Assembly (NCBI GenBank): GCA_024400875.1
Contig: JAKSMB010000003.1
Location: 83,381 to 147,380 of the forward strand
Length of the DNA stretch: 64,000 bases
DNA from: Bacteroidales bacterium
GTDB lineage: Bacteria; Bacteroidota; Bacteroidia; Bacteroidales; WCHB1-69
Direction of reading: 5' to 3'
Part shown: positions 25,501 through 32,697 of the stretch, one piece after another
Position numbering within the stretch: the stretch's first letter is position 1
Layout: each line of letters opens with the position of its first letter
The notes under the pieces: generated by a model
The model's input: only the letters and a program-made list of their open reading frames with translations
Told to the model about the DNA's origin: nothing
Database searches by the model: none
Position numbers and translations under genes: made by a program

Positions 25501-27320
25501 CTTCTAATGATTGTGGTGTTTCTAACATTTCAGCTGTTGCTCTTGTTTCACTTCCTGTACAAGTTGCTGACATCGCTACTGTTGATACATGTAAGGGTCA
25601 ACCTCTCGCTGACTTCGTAACCGTTCCTGCTCTCACTGTTAAGGGTAACACCACAGTAACTGCTCAAGGTTGGCAAGTTAAGAATGGTTCTGAATGGACC
25701 AACGTTGAAGATTCTTACGTTGTAAACGCTGACGCAACTGTTCGTTACTATGCTACTACACGTTGCAACAGCTACTACTCTGCTGAAGCTACTATCCGCA
25801 TCCACGAAGCTCCTACATTCAATGCTGAAATCGCTAACATTGAAATCTGCTCTAACGAAGCTATTACTGAGCCTACTATCGATGTTAATATGCATGGTGC
25901 TACTCCAGTTGATACAACTTGGACAATCCAAAGAACTTCTGATGCTACTGCACAACCATTCACATTCGGTCAAATCGACCTCTATGATGTAACTTACAAC
26001 AACGCTACTATCACCTGTACGGTTAAGAATACTTGTGGCGAAGCTTCTTCTACTGCAAGATTGATCGTTGACACATTGCCTGTTCCTACAATTACGAAGG
26101 ATACAGTAGTATGTCAAGGTGGTGTTGCTAACTTGTCTGCTACTGCAGGTTATGCTTCATATCAATGGTCTATGGATGGCGCTGAAATCGCTGGTGCTAC
26201 TGCTGCTACTTATGCTTACCCAGCTCCTACAACGGATGGTTTCCATACCTTCACAGTAGAAGTTGTTGATGGCAATGGTTGTAAGTCTGTAACCAACATC
26301 AATGGTACATTCGATCCTATCGCTGATGATGCTGTAACTGTTGAAGTAACTAACAAACCTCGTTTCATCTTTACAGATGCTGATGGTAATGTAACACGTC
26401 ATACAACTGCTACTACTGCAGATCCTATGAATGTTCACACTTGGATGATCAATAATCCATGTTACAACCCAGATACTTTGGTTTACGTTGAAATGAGATA
26501 CTTCTACAATGGTGAACTCATCCCAGAAGATAGCATCACATCTTACCTCACCGAAATGACAACATCTCAAAACGGTGCTAATGTTCAATACACAACATCT
26601 GAGTACATGTCTTGGTTGTCAGGTGATAACAGTAACCGTGATTATACGAACTACTACTTCTCAGCTGCTCCAGCTAATGGTACATCTATTGAAGGTACAC
26701 ACTTCCCACACAACGGTCTTGGCTTAGGTGGTACTACATATGTATATGACTGCTTGTACCTCCACTTCTTGGGTAACAGACCTGTAACTGAAACTATCAA
26801 CCAGTTCCGTCGTCCAGGTAAGTACACTGTAGAATATAAGCTCTATTCTGTAAGTGGTGCTGCTATCAATGGTCAGTTGTATTATAATGAAGAAGATACA
26901 ACAACCTATAAACTTGGTGGTCAGGATGCTTTGATTTCTACATACTCTCGTGCCCTCCTCGCTACTGATACCTTCGTAATTGAAGTTTCTGGTAATGCTC
27001 TTGCTAATCCAGTAGCTGATGTGGTCGTTCCTGAATTGGCTCCTGTAGCAACAAATACTGCTTCTGCATCTATGAACGTTTATCCTAACCCAGCTACTGA
27101 TAACATCAACGTTAACATTAGCGGTATCACAGGTGAAACTACTATCAGAATTGCTAACCTTGCTGGTGTAACAGTTGTTGCTCCTGTAACAGTTAACATT
27201 CCTGCTGATGCAGAATACATCTACAGAACTTCTATCAACGGTCTTGCTTCTGGTATCTACTTCATCCACGTTCAAGGTGAAAATGCTACCCTCTCAAGAA
27301 AACTCGTTGTAACGAAATAA
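16533..27320 (+). CDS. Giant (3595 aa) T9SS-secreted multi-repeat surface protein (adhesin-like)
   Basis: A single uninterrupted ORF with signal peptide MKKLLSICLLSMLMLFAAFSASAQA. Several HYR/Ig-like modules end in the (T/K)D.CGN....Q.V.I motif (VKDECGNQSNTISQTVTI, VVDQCGNTT, VKDVCGNQA). There are nine ~85-aa SprB-like Cys-bracketed modules, about ten further Cys-bracketed Ig-like modules, and a C-terminal YPNP sorting domain. Confidence 0.9.
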   Translation: MKKLLSICLLSMLMLFAAFSASAQATTKCCFWLENMQPDQVTDVANIPGGGPAATVGNGGSMYLNNSLNWVGGPSTYGVNTAAYGIVSSTAYPFSATEGQTDWYRIHFTNNCNLPEGTQVALEWKLYRDGQRIPDDQISQYADIYFYTKFDELSNTNNVNSTCGHIGWLGGRVYGPGVCQDLHNDCVGGYPGAAEVDGSEQLPYAAFGWSAQGYVNLAASYHYDYFNLPFFSTTEHRMAIHWKQIGNYSVVVGLRARTGGTDFDIAQVGNIGGHQSCCGDLLAQDSLHYPVLTEHYHGVCENAPHTLYGQPEADFSVEGDYRVVFGYDDCGHFVLNNLDYYHYRVRINPDIVGTDLSLCKNEAFTQAQMLALAPAVNTNAPGITGYQVYWCKVGTTNWTTNPTVQSTAVPGTYKWAVKQVNNYDSETGETFDCEGDIDTLTITILPVIDPSLDGTNPSYEFCNETIDANSSLLIKAKLNNTAENDCADEIHWFRGTTHNGTPAFVGAGYTLNLHDLYDNNNNKDVTFTAWSYDVHTNTYSDNGVSVNLHFYATPELTANATTESFVKCPHTPGIELKSNFAVTNGSKVNPVTWAYSWKKNNVAMTATTNNITVVAPGCDQTDTYVVTATVTSNHGCVATITRTFTVKGEDLAAPSIAWRNAATANVTIHGCDTTSAEWTAPYTMSDVAYATGTSVIKATDGCSNVDRIYYYAEIVSSTPCTTVVRRNYYVKDECGNQSNTISQTVTIINNALPVVTPSVLDVTVSNTQDTAIHNDPFNNWYRYSWNQDIFTASEIGGAGVINSVSYNCVNVGTGVNMTDVRIYVAETTNDLHTSNTQWIPADQLTLVYEGSRNIRQTGEIKFDFNQPYLYDGTKNLVVVVAKKTANYNSAVRFAATHLAKASLYRVSDSYDTYANHPGTTTGTYGVNRANARFVISNPVTVAPVWSNTNDCTLDAPAYSVFKTAFDANYNVSTSCNAEVEHVYFYNHGTQVSAANFHNLFATNDDFYVDAVVVDQCGNTTTVPSAFVLHRPERMSIDHNAYAVPTEICLNETSMLHFDYTKVNNAQLPYTFSWTGDPNNGHILRNHDADGAEAIPYLPNTDYRYYITVTDAYGCQAVDSTGLVHVNGLPAAYITENPINDDYAHAGTIPTVCPNFGNFLVEAVAVNGLGDATPVSYKWTGESCDTNSTNQYSSIHVIPTECNRDYTIRLHVTNVKGCSVDTLYTIHAEDTQAPVITGVITSEVLPVSTGSSCETYVPDYTTLLNNTNTSDNCWSFGTLQITQSPVPGTVVDADSMVVSLYVKDVCGNQAIHNIMVRRPGNLLQVALTTDNNNFCYGETAHITSTVANNVGTVVYTWTPAFGNVAAIDYTPAIVNVDSMIYPVTVNVLDQANGCTASSTLNLVVYHVPTAADVNITTTPNNYCDNASNISNGTISVSVLQNNITEYKLSTDATWHPIDYVYTGLHQGTYYIDLKTAHGCVEYGFRTNVLFDTLPDTFTLLTSANSYCTAPFDGTITVENGKANYSYSLERTAYTPLRVINPTTAGPVLFDELENGLYTMHITTDKFCVYEMRDIEVADARVFPVLAAADYTTTPRTICGNNNGTITINNINPDYTYTLGAVSFDGATASTISFVGLAAGTQNLTITTNKGCSMTFGLIVDDATEAPVAPRTNIVANTNCTGTPNGSITVIAPIMGYTYTIGTETIVYDGTNAVVFNNLAAGTYTMTVISDLNCDNVFVFEVTNNFTNPQIPASSINITHRTDCINPNGAITLSAVGLEPSFTYDVVSATGVNANTGLAEGTYTITKTYVATGCSSTATATVEMVAPAYRMNITATPDEDCSTIGTGSLTVTNSDAADYTFILNHGSADAVTAAANTFTGLEPGTYTIRAINNATHCYTDKTVEVGNHYTMPALTVVSTSANNNCSENKDGRVVVATTNITSGMTYTLGSVTNTTGFFTNLNSGNYTIEAISALHCAATINVTVADNAFIPCLAVTTNPNTACIETPSKPGNGQIIVNCPRGDQYDYSFYYANTGSTTDEAIPHFEPIAYMKYTLHDGDYRVHITDQITGCVKDTIVHVDFAPATLNITTSAVANTACAAPYNGTLTVNAAYGVYSLDADAVFTYSIDNGLHFTLDNVFTGLNAGNYDVIVKDTVTGCTYNLAAANVPAGSNDITIIQPRDTVFCLHSEAILTAAAISTIPGDTNFIYTWNSICQGQYVGNPYRWNTNNPDTCDVYLTATSTLTGCSESIIFKVMVKADPTVKFFADGIETGHEFAACGNTFPHTISATGADVVSHSWSNGVTEASFVLDTMAEGYTCMFVDNFVDKYGCASSDSIRVRSLPRPRTTVELNICASIPVDTLGTTLTYIAGDDANNNQTIVRTYANAAVNGCDSIVTYNVHLMAKPEVTINADFTTEYCAGNALAPAPVMNINWNNNTGSYRWMNGTTLVSNASINALPFSLDGADLYVIAQNACGTTESAHNTIKVNDKPAVADLASALTVCVGDCVADKIGAPAHTCNHHNGCTTQWMMNGVEMAATTLATNDMNGAQITYVVTNDCGSTTVGPLTLTVKDSAMLAFTTPAVDTLCAGNTLTINVTTKATNVFTATADNDNFTINTTGSNGNYVVKLTPRSIATAGATTFTFTSASDCGSKDRTFAIVAAYPANVGNVEAIAPVCYNDVLSLTTPSVQNNNSAIYAEGWEINMPGTTTWTSFDPATHMTMAHNGASIRYFVTTRCQTSYSPARTVVVDTLPVATLTNSVAEYCAGDVLSASTFTYTQTNATATQGTVTAEFYFDGAAYTNAPLAVTDNGKEAYYMLTNRCGSNASEKVAIVVNDTAIISYNAADLTVKVCSGSSIEIPFTSNKPVVFTPNNFNFEYDATAHKIVSGAITGAACNNFSVVATATDGKCTDKDKSVTLNITVKTAPFVALTVDSICEGNTFASVKHVTIQNQCSDGISSTISLRRVDNSVEAPLADAYVFTAADTNAIITLSASNDCGVSNISAVALVSLPVQVADIATVDTCKGQPLADFVTVPALTVKGNTTVTAQGWQVKNGSEWTNVEDSYVVNADATVRYYATTRCNSYYSAEATIRIHEAPTFNAEIANIEICSNEAITEPTIDVNMHGATPVDTTWTIQRTSDATAQPFTFGQIDLYDVTYNNATITCTVKNTCGEASSTARLIVDTLPVPTITKDTVVCQGGVANLSATAGYASYQWSMDGAEIAGATAATYAYPAPTTDGFHTFTVEVVDGNGCKSVTNINGTFDPIADDAVTVEVTNKPRFIFTDADGNVTRHTTATTADPMNVHTWMINNPCYNPDTLVYVEMRYFYNGELIPEDSITSYLTEMTTSQNGANVQYTTSEYMSWLSGDNSNRDYTNYYFSAAPANGTSIEGTHFPHNGLGLGGTTYVYDCLYLHFLGNRPVTETINQFRRPGKYTVEYKLYSVSGAAINGQLYYNEEDTTTYKLGGQDALISTYSRALLATDTFVIEVSGNALANPVADVVVPELAPVATNTASASMNVYPNPATDNINVNISGITGETTIRIANLAGVTVVAPVTVNIPADAEYIYRTSINGLASGIYFIHVQGENATLSRKLVVTK
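20767..23055 (+). repeat. Array of nine diverged ~85-aa protein modules (SprB-repeat-like) inside the giant gene
   Basis: Each unit reads roughly T.(T/S)....C.....NG.I.V......Y(T/S)Y.L......F.GL..G.Y.......... .C. Examples are TTTPRTICGNNNGTITINNINPDYTYTLG...GLAAGTQNLTITTNKGC and VANTNCTGTPNGSITVIAPIMGYTYTIG...NLAAGTYTMTVISDLNC. The units are diverged at the DNA level. Confidence 0.75.
23764..26315 (+). repeat. Second array of about 10 diverged ~80-95-aa Cys-bracketed Ig-like modules inside the giant gene
   Basis: Units begin with (Y/V/I)C.G(N/D) and end with a second Cys about 65-75 aa later. Examples are EYCAGNALAP...IAQNACGTTES, EYCAGDVLSA...LTNRCGSNAS, DSICEGNTFA...SASNDCGVSN, VDTCKGQPLA...ATTRCNSYYS and IEICSNEAIT...VKNTCGEASS. 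Confidence 0.7.
27072..27317 (+). other. T9SS C-terminal sorting domain (type A) of the giant protein
   Basis: MNVYPNPATDNINVNISGITGETTIRIANLAGVTVVAPVTVNIPADAEYIYRTSINGLASGIYFIHVQGENATLSRKLVVTK. Confidence 0.85.
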
Positions 27321-27342
27321 TTCTAAACTACGATAAACTCAA

Positions 27343-27372
27343 GGGAGTTGTGGACTCACAACTCCCTTTTTT
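27343..27372 (+). terminator. Rho-independent terminator after the giant gene
   Basis: Hairpin gggagttgtg-gact-cacaactccc followed by T6. Confidence 0.85.
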
Positions 27373-27381
27373 ATTATTAAA

Positions 27382-29172
27382 ATGAAAAGTCACAAAATCT
27401 CACATCTGGTTTTTAAGCGCTATGTAGGTAAACTTAGTTTAGTTTTCCTACTGAATATGTGTTCAGTGCTTCTTACCATTTCTGTTTTTGTGATGATTGA
27501 ACCGTTTTGCAAATTGCTCTTCCGTGGTTCACTGGATGAATTGAGCCCTATATCTTCGTTCATCATTTCTTTCATTGAGCCAGTAATAGACCTTCGCACC
27601 ACTCAGATCTCTATTGTTGTCTTACTCGTGGTGGCCTTGGTGTTGTATTTCCTTAAATCGCTTTTTGCCTATGCCTCACAATGGGTAATGGCCTCCATGC
27701 GAAGCGACCTGCTATATAAGCTGCGAAATGATTTGTATCGTAAGATACTTGTTCTCCCTATTGGCTATTTCAGTGGACAAAAGAGAGGTGATGTTATCTC
27801 ACGTGCCGTTGCCGACACTCAGGAGGTACAGAATACTATTCTAAGCGCAATCCGTTCTTTCCTGACTGAACCTATTACGGTGGTCTTTTACGTTTTCTTC
27901 CTCTTTTATCTTAATGTAAAACTTTCTCTGTATGCCATCTTAATCTTCCCAGTAACCTTCTTGGTGATCGGACGTCTTTCCAATGTCTTAAAAAAGGATG
28001 TCCGTACTTCAAAGAAACGTTTGGGTTCTCTACTTGCTCACGTAGAAGAATGCATTTCTGGTGTTAGGGTGGTGAAGGGACTGAATGCACAAGTTCCCGC
28101 GGAAACAACGTTCAGACGCTTGAACGACGAGTTTACCAGATCACAGACGATAATTTACCGTAGAGCGGATCTTGCCTCGCCATTGAGTGAGTTTCTTGGA
28201 GTCTCTATAGTAATGGTGATTTTAGTGATTGGTGGTACGATGACCTTTAAATCACCTGGGCAATTTCCCGCTGAAATATTCATTACCTATATTGCTCTTT
28301 TTTCTCAGTTGATAACACCATTGAAAAACATCTCTACGGCTATTGCCGGTTATAAACGCGGCGTTGCTGCCATGGACCGCATTAATGAAATAATGGATGC
28401 AGAAGAGGTGATACTTCAGCCTCAACATCCAGTTCTGTTGTCAGATTTCACTGATAAAATCTCGTTCAACCATATAGATTTCTCATATACAACGACACCA
28501 GTACTTACCGACTTTAATCTTGAAATACATAAAGGACAAATGGTGGCACTGGTTGGCCCATCCGGTTCGGGAAAAACCACCGTCATGGACATGGTAGAAC
28601 GGTTTTATGATCCAATAAAAGGTACGATCACTTTAGATGGAACAGATATCCGCGATTTTGATATTCCGTCATACCGTTCGCTCTTTTCTTTGGTTTCACA
28701 GGATATCGTTCTTTTCAACGATACATTATATAACAATATAACTATGGGTAAAGATGCCTCTGAGGAAGAGGTGCTGGAAGCTATTCGTATTGCTAATCTC
28801 GAAAATTTTGTTGCTACACTTGAGAATGGGGTGTATCATCAGCTCAGTGATCGAGGATTGAATTTGTCGGGTGGACAGCGTCAGCGTATCAGTATTGCGC
28901 GAGCCGTATTGCGCAATTCTCCCATTCTATTATTGGATGAGGCAACATCTGCCATGGATACGCAATCGGAACGTTTTGTTCAGATGGCCCTCGATAATGT
29001 TATGAAAAACCGTACGGTGATTGTGGTTGCACACCGTTTGTCCACTATTCAACATGCCGATAATATCGTCGTTTTGGAAAATGGAAAGATAGTAGAACAA
29101 GGCTCCCATAATGAACTCCTGGCTATTGAGGGGGCATATAAAAAATTAGTAAACATACAACAATTTAATTAA
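27382..29172 (+). CDS. ABC transporter permease/ATP-binding fusion protein (MsbA-like exporter)
   Basis: N-terminal six-helix TMD, then an NBD with GPSGSGKTT (Walker A), LSGGQRQRISIARA (signature) and ILLLDEATSAMD (Walker B). Confidence 0.85.
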   Translation: MKSHKISHLVFKRYVGKLSLVFLLNMCSVLLTISVFVMIEPFCKLLFRGSLDELSPISSFIISFIEPVIDLRTTQISIVVLLVVALVLYFLKSLFAYASQWVMASMRSDLLYKLRNDLYRKILVLPIGYFSGQKRGDVISRAVADTQEVQNTILSAIRSFLTEPITVVFYVFFLFYLNVKLSLYAILIFPVTFLVIGRLSNVLKKDVRTSKKRLGSLLAHVEECISGVRVVKGLNAQVPAETTFRRLNDEFTRSQTIIYRRADLASPLSEFLGVSIVMVILVIGGTMTFKSPGQFPAEIFITYIALFSQLITPLKNISTAIAGYKRGVAAMDRINEIMDAEEVILQPQHPVLLSDFTDKISFNHIDFSYTTTPVLTDFNLEIHKGQMVALVGPSGSGKTTVMDMVERFYDPIKGTITLDGTDIRDFDIPSYRSLFSLVSQDIVLFNDTLYNNITMGKDASEEEVLEAIRIANLENFVATLENGVYHQLSDRGLNLSGGQRQRISIARAVLRNSPILLLDEATSAMDTQSERFVQMALDNVMKNRTVIVVAHRLSTIQHADNIVVLENGKIVEQGSHNELLAIEGAYKKLVNIQQFN

Positions 29173-29834
29173 TGGCTAAACATAAATTACAAAGATTTGC
29201 TGAGAACGAAACCTTTAAGAATCTGTTTCAACGTTCTCATTTTGACTGTCAGAATGAACCTTTCCCGTTGAGAGGTCGTTGGCACCAAGATTATTTCAAG
29301 AATGATAATCCAATAGTTTTGGAGCTTGGTTGCGGCAAAGGTGAATACACAATAGCAATGGCGCAACGCAATCCGAACAAGAACTTTATTGGCATCGACC
29401 GTAAAGGTGCACGCCTGTGGAGAGGATGTAAGGATGCGCTGGAACAAGAGATGGACAATGTGGCATTTTTGCGTATAACCATTGACAAGATCGCCTATTA
29501 TTTCGCACCCGGAGAGGTTTCGGAGATATGGGTTACATTCCCGGATCCTCAGTTGAGTTCTGAACGCAAAAGACTCGTTTCCCCTCGCTTTGTAGGATAC
29601 TATAGAAATGTGTTGCCAGAAACGGGCGGCGTGCTGAATCTGAAGACGGATAGTGAAGAGCTGTACGAATACGTGTTGGAGGTAGCGCCTGAGTATGGAT
29701 GGGGGATGTTGGAAAACGTAAAGGATGTTTATGCACAGGATTGTGATCCGATTTTAAAAGAGGTGCAGACCTTTTATGAGAAGATGTGGTTGGCACAAGG
29801 GAAGACCATATCATACGTGAAAATCAAAATTTAA
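29172..29834 (+). CDS. trmB: tRNA (guanine-N7)-methyltransferase
   Basis: KHKLQRFAENETF..., the SAM motif VLELGCGKGEYT, and WVTFPDPQ. The start overlaps the upstream stop by 1 nt. Confidence 0.88.
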   Translation: MAKHKLQRFAENETFKNLFQRSHFDCQNEPFPLRGRWHQDYFKNDNPIVLELGCGKGEYTIAMAQRNPNKNFIGIDRKGARLWRGCKDALEQEMDNVAFLRITIDKIAYYFAPGEVSEIWVTFPDPQLSSERKRLVSPRFVGYYRNVLPETGGVLNLKTDSEELYEYVLEVAPEYGWGMLENVKDVYAQDCDPILKEVQTFYEKMWLAQGKTISYVKIKI

Positions 29835-29918
29835 AGGTGCGAAAGAGGCCTGCAGTAACAAAAATTGTGCCTAAAAACTTTTTTTTGAGGGGCAATGTGT
29901 TTCGTATGAAAAAAATAC

Positions 29919-29926
29919 TATATTTG
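29919..29926 (+). promoter_or_regulatory. -7 promoter box TATATTTG for the secE-nusG-rpl operon
   Basis: Matches TAnnTTTG. It leaves a ~185-nt AT-rich leader before secE. Confidence 0.45.
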
Positions 29927-30113
29927 CCAACTTGTAAAAAAATCGGGAAAAAGTGTGCGGTTTAGTGATGCGGATTTTTTGTAAAAAACTGATTTACAAA
30001 TGATTGATCTCGATATTTTTTAACAATGTTGGGTTTGTATTGTGGGTTGAATTTTGTAAAAACAAACGAAAAAGTTTCGGAAAAGTAATAAAGAATAAAT
30101 AAAATACAAGAAA

Positions 30114-30302
30114 ATGAAGATAGTTAATTATTTTAAAGAAATGTATGAAGAGTTGGTTCGTAAGACGAGCTGGCCAACCATGCAGGAACTTGGAAATAGT
30201 GTTGTGGTAGTATCCATTGCTTCCCTAATTATCGCGCTTATCGTGTTTTTGATGGATGCTATTTTCAATCTGGGAATGGATTTAGTGTTCCCTGCTATTT
30301 AG
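30114..30302 (+). CDS. secE: Preprotein translocase subunit SecE
   Basis: A 62-aa protein, VNYFKEMYEELVRKTSWPTMQELGNSVVVVSIASLIIALIVFLMD, with a single TM helix. It sits directly upstream of nusG. Confidence 0.88.
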   Translation: MKIVNYFKEMYEELVRKTSWPTMQELGNSVVVVSIASLIIALIVFLMDAIFNLGMDLVFPAI

Positions 30303-30341
30303 TTTTCTTAATCGTTGTTGTTATATCGAAAATAACAGATC

Positions 30342-30896
30342 ATGGCAGAAGTCGAACGCAAGTGGTATGTGATCAAGGCGGTTACGGGAACTGAAAAGAA
30401 GGTTAAGCTCAATATCGAGAATGAGATTGAGATGTCTAGCTTGAAGGATTCCATAACAAAGGTTTTGATTCCAACCGAAAAAGTTTTCCATAGTACAAAA
30501 AGTGGAAAGAAGGTGGTGACCGAGCGCAATTATTTCCCTAGTTACATCTTTGTTGAGGCAGTGATGAACGGTGAAGTGCAAGGTACGTTGCTGGAAGTTC
30601 CTGGTGTGCTTGGATTTGTAGGATGTAAGCACAAAAGTGATCCTCCGGTGCCGTTGCGTCCGGCTGAAGTTGCTCGCTTATTGGGTAAGGTTGACGAATT
30701 GCTCACACAAGATGAGTCGTTGTTGCAACCATACGTAGTAGGGGAGGAGATCAAAGTTATCGACGGTCCTTTCAACACATTCAATGGTATTATCGAAGAG
30801 ATTGATACTGAGAAGAAGAAGTTGAAGATTATGGTGAAAATCTTCGGCCGTAAGACTCCGCTCGAGTTGGGTTTTATGCAAGTTGAAAAAATATAA
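30342..30896 (+). CDS. nusG: Transcription termination/antitermination factor NusG
   Basis: KWYVIKAVTGTEKKV..., with a KOW region GEEIKVIDGPFNTFNGIIEEID. Confidence 0.93.
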   Translation: MAEVERKWYVIKAVTGTEKKVKLNIENEIEMSSLKDSITKVLIPTEKVFHSTKSGKKVVTERNYFPSYIFVEAVMNGEVQGTLLEVPGVLGFVGCKHKSDPPVPLRPAEVARLLGKVDELLTQDESLLQPYVVGEEIKVIDGPFNTFNGIIEEIDTEKKKLKIMVKIFGRKTPLELGFMQVEKI

Positions 30897-30933
30897 CGCA
30901 ACATAGTTACAAACACTAAAATTAATTTAAAAA

Positions 30934-31383
30934 ATGGCAAAAGAAGTAGCTGGATTAATTAAGTTACAAATTAAGGGAGGTGCCGCCAATCCGTCACCGC
31001 CAGTAGGACCTGCGTTGGGTTCAAAGGGCGTGAACATCATGGAGTTCTGCAAGCAGTTCAATTCTCGTACACAAGATCTTGCTGGCAAGGTTATTCCTGT
31101 AGTGATTACTGTCTATAAGGATAAATCTTTTGACTTCATCACCAAGACGCCACCTGTAGCTGTACAAATTAGAGAAGCAGCAAAACTTCAAAAAGGTTCC
31201 GGCGAACCTAACCGTGCAAAGGTTGGTACCATTACTTGGGACCAAGTACGTAGCATTGCCGAAATTAAGTTGCCAGACTTGAACTGTTTCGAAATCGAAT
31301 CAGCTATGTCAATGGTAGCAGGCACAGCACGTAGTATGGGTGTCAATGTAAAAGGTGGTCAGAATCCTTTTGAACAGAATTAA
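30934..31383 (+). CDS. rplK: 50S ribosomal protein L11
   Basis: [35 protein letters not shown]. Confidence 0.97.
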   Translation: MAKEVAGLIKLQIKGGAANPSPPVGPALGSKGVNIMEFCKQFNSRTQDLAGKVIPVVITVYKDKSFDFITKTPPVAVQIREAAKLQKGSGEPNRAKVGTITWDQVRSIAEIKLPDLNCFEIESAMSMVAGTARSMGVNVKGGQNPFEQN

Positions 31384-31410
31384 TTAACAAGTAAAATTTA
31401 AAACAATCAC

Positions 31411-32106
31411 ATGGCTAAAATATCAAAAAAACGCAAAGAGGCCCTTGCTAAATTTGATAAGAGTAAAGTATACGCTTTGCCAGAAGCTATCCAAGTGGTG
31501 AAAGATCTTACATATACCAAGTTTGATGCATCTTTCGACATCGACGTTCGTTTGGGCGTTGACCCTCGTAAGGCTAATCAAATGGTACGTGGTATTGTAA
31601 CCTTGCCACACGGTACAGGTAAAGTCGTTCGCGTACTCGCTCTTTGTACTCCAGACAAAGAGGAAGAAGCAAAAGCAGCAGGCGCTGATTATGTTGGCTT
31701 GGATGAATATGTTGACAAGATCAAACAAGGTTGGACCGACGTTGACGTTATCATCACTATGCCGAGCGTGATGCCAAAGATCGGTGCCCTTGGTCGTATC
31801 CTCGGTCCCCGTGGCTTGATGCCGAACCCTAAATCTGGCACTGTGACTATGGAAGTTGGCAAAGCCGTTTCCGAAGTTAAGGCTGGTAAGATCGACTTCA
31901 AGGTTGACAAGTATGGTATCATCCATACCTCAGTTGGCAAAAACCGTTTCTCAGCAGAACAGTTGGCAGACAATGTTCGTGAAATGATGGGTACCATTCT
32001 TAAGTTGAAACCAACATCAGCAAAAGGTACATACGTTAAGAGCATTTATCTTTCAACAACAATGAGCCCTGGCGTACAAGTTGATCCAAAGACCGTTACA
32101 TTATAA
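31411..32106 (+). CDS. rplA: 50S ribosomal protein L1
   Basis: [34 protein letters not shown]...[16 protein letters not shown]. Confidence 0.97.
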   Translation: MAKISKKRKEALAKFDKSKVYALPEAIQVVKDLTYTKFDASFDIDVRLGVDPRKANQMVRGIVTLPHGTGKVVRVLALCTPDKEEEAKAAGADYVGLDEYVDKIKQGWTDVDVIITMPSVMPKIGALGRILGPRGLMPNPKSGTVTMEVGKAVSEVKAGKIDFKVDKYGIIHTSVGKNRFSAEQLADNVREMMGTILKLKPTSAKGTYVKSIYLSTTMSPGVQVDPKTVTL

Positions 32107-32124
32107 TCATAAAGTTTAGTTAGT

Positions 32125-32643
32125 ATGAATAAAGAACAAAAAAGTCAAATCATTGAAGAAATTTCACAAGACTTAGCTAACTATGCCCACGTATATGTAA
32201 CAGATATCTCTGGCTTCAAAGTTAGTACAGTCAACCAGTTGCGCAGACTCTGTTTCAAACGCGACGTTAAGTTGAAAGTGGTTAAGAACACTTTGCTGAA
32301 ACGCGCTATGGATCAAGCTGAAGCAGATTATTCCGAATTGTATCCAGTACTCAATGGCGCTACCGCTATCATGTTTAGCAACACCGGTAACGTTCCAGCT
32401 AAAATGATCAAGGAATTCCGTGCTAAGAACGCAAAACCTATCGTTAAGGCTGCCTTCATTGAGGAAACCGCATACATCGGAGATGAAAATCTCGACGCAT
32501 TGTGCAACATTAAGTCTCGCGAAGAATTGATTGGCGATATCGTAGCATTACTTCAATCACCTGCTAAGAATGTGGTATCCGCATTGCAATCCGGTGGTGG
32601 TAAGTTGGCTGGTATTGTTAAGACATTATCTGAAAGAGCATAA
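32125..32643 (+). CDS. rplJ: 50S ribosomal protein L10
   Basis: Its position between rplA and rplL fits L10. VNQLRRLCFKRDVKLKVVKNTLLKRA also matches the L10 pattern. Confidence 0.93.
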   Translation: MNKEQKSQIIEEISQDLANYAHVYVTDISGFKVSTVNQLRRLCFKRDVKLKVVKNTLLKRAMDQAEADYSELYPVLNGATAIMFSNTGNVPAKMIKEFRAKNAKPIVKAAFIEETAYIGDENLDALCNIKSREELIGDIVALLQSPAKNVVSALQSGGGKLAGIVKTLSERA

Positions 32644-32697
32644 CAAAACAATTTTAGTAAAAAATAAACAAGTAAAAACATTTAAAAAAATACAATT

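Noticed and set aside
17478-27275. Many long minus-strand ORFs inside the giant gene, for example 19224-19877 (217 aa), 21867-22451 (194 aa), 25548-26117 (189 aa) and 26724-27275 (183 aa).
   Set aside because: They are antisense shadows of a strongly codon-biased ORF. Their translations are low-complexity (S/C/I/N/V-rich) with no motifs, and the sense frame is continuous with clear domain structure.
29906-29965. 19-codon ORF (MKKILYLPTCKKIGKKCAV) in the trmB-secE spacer.
   Set aside because: It overlaps the predicted -7 promoter box of the secE operon, so it would lie largely upstream of the transcript. There is no supporting evidence.
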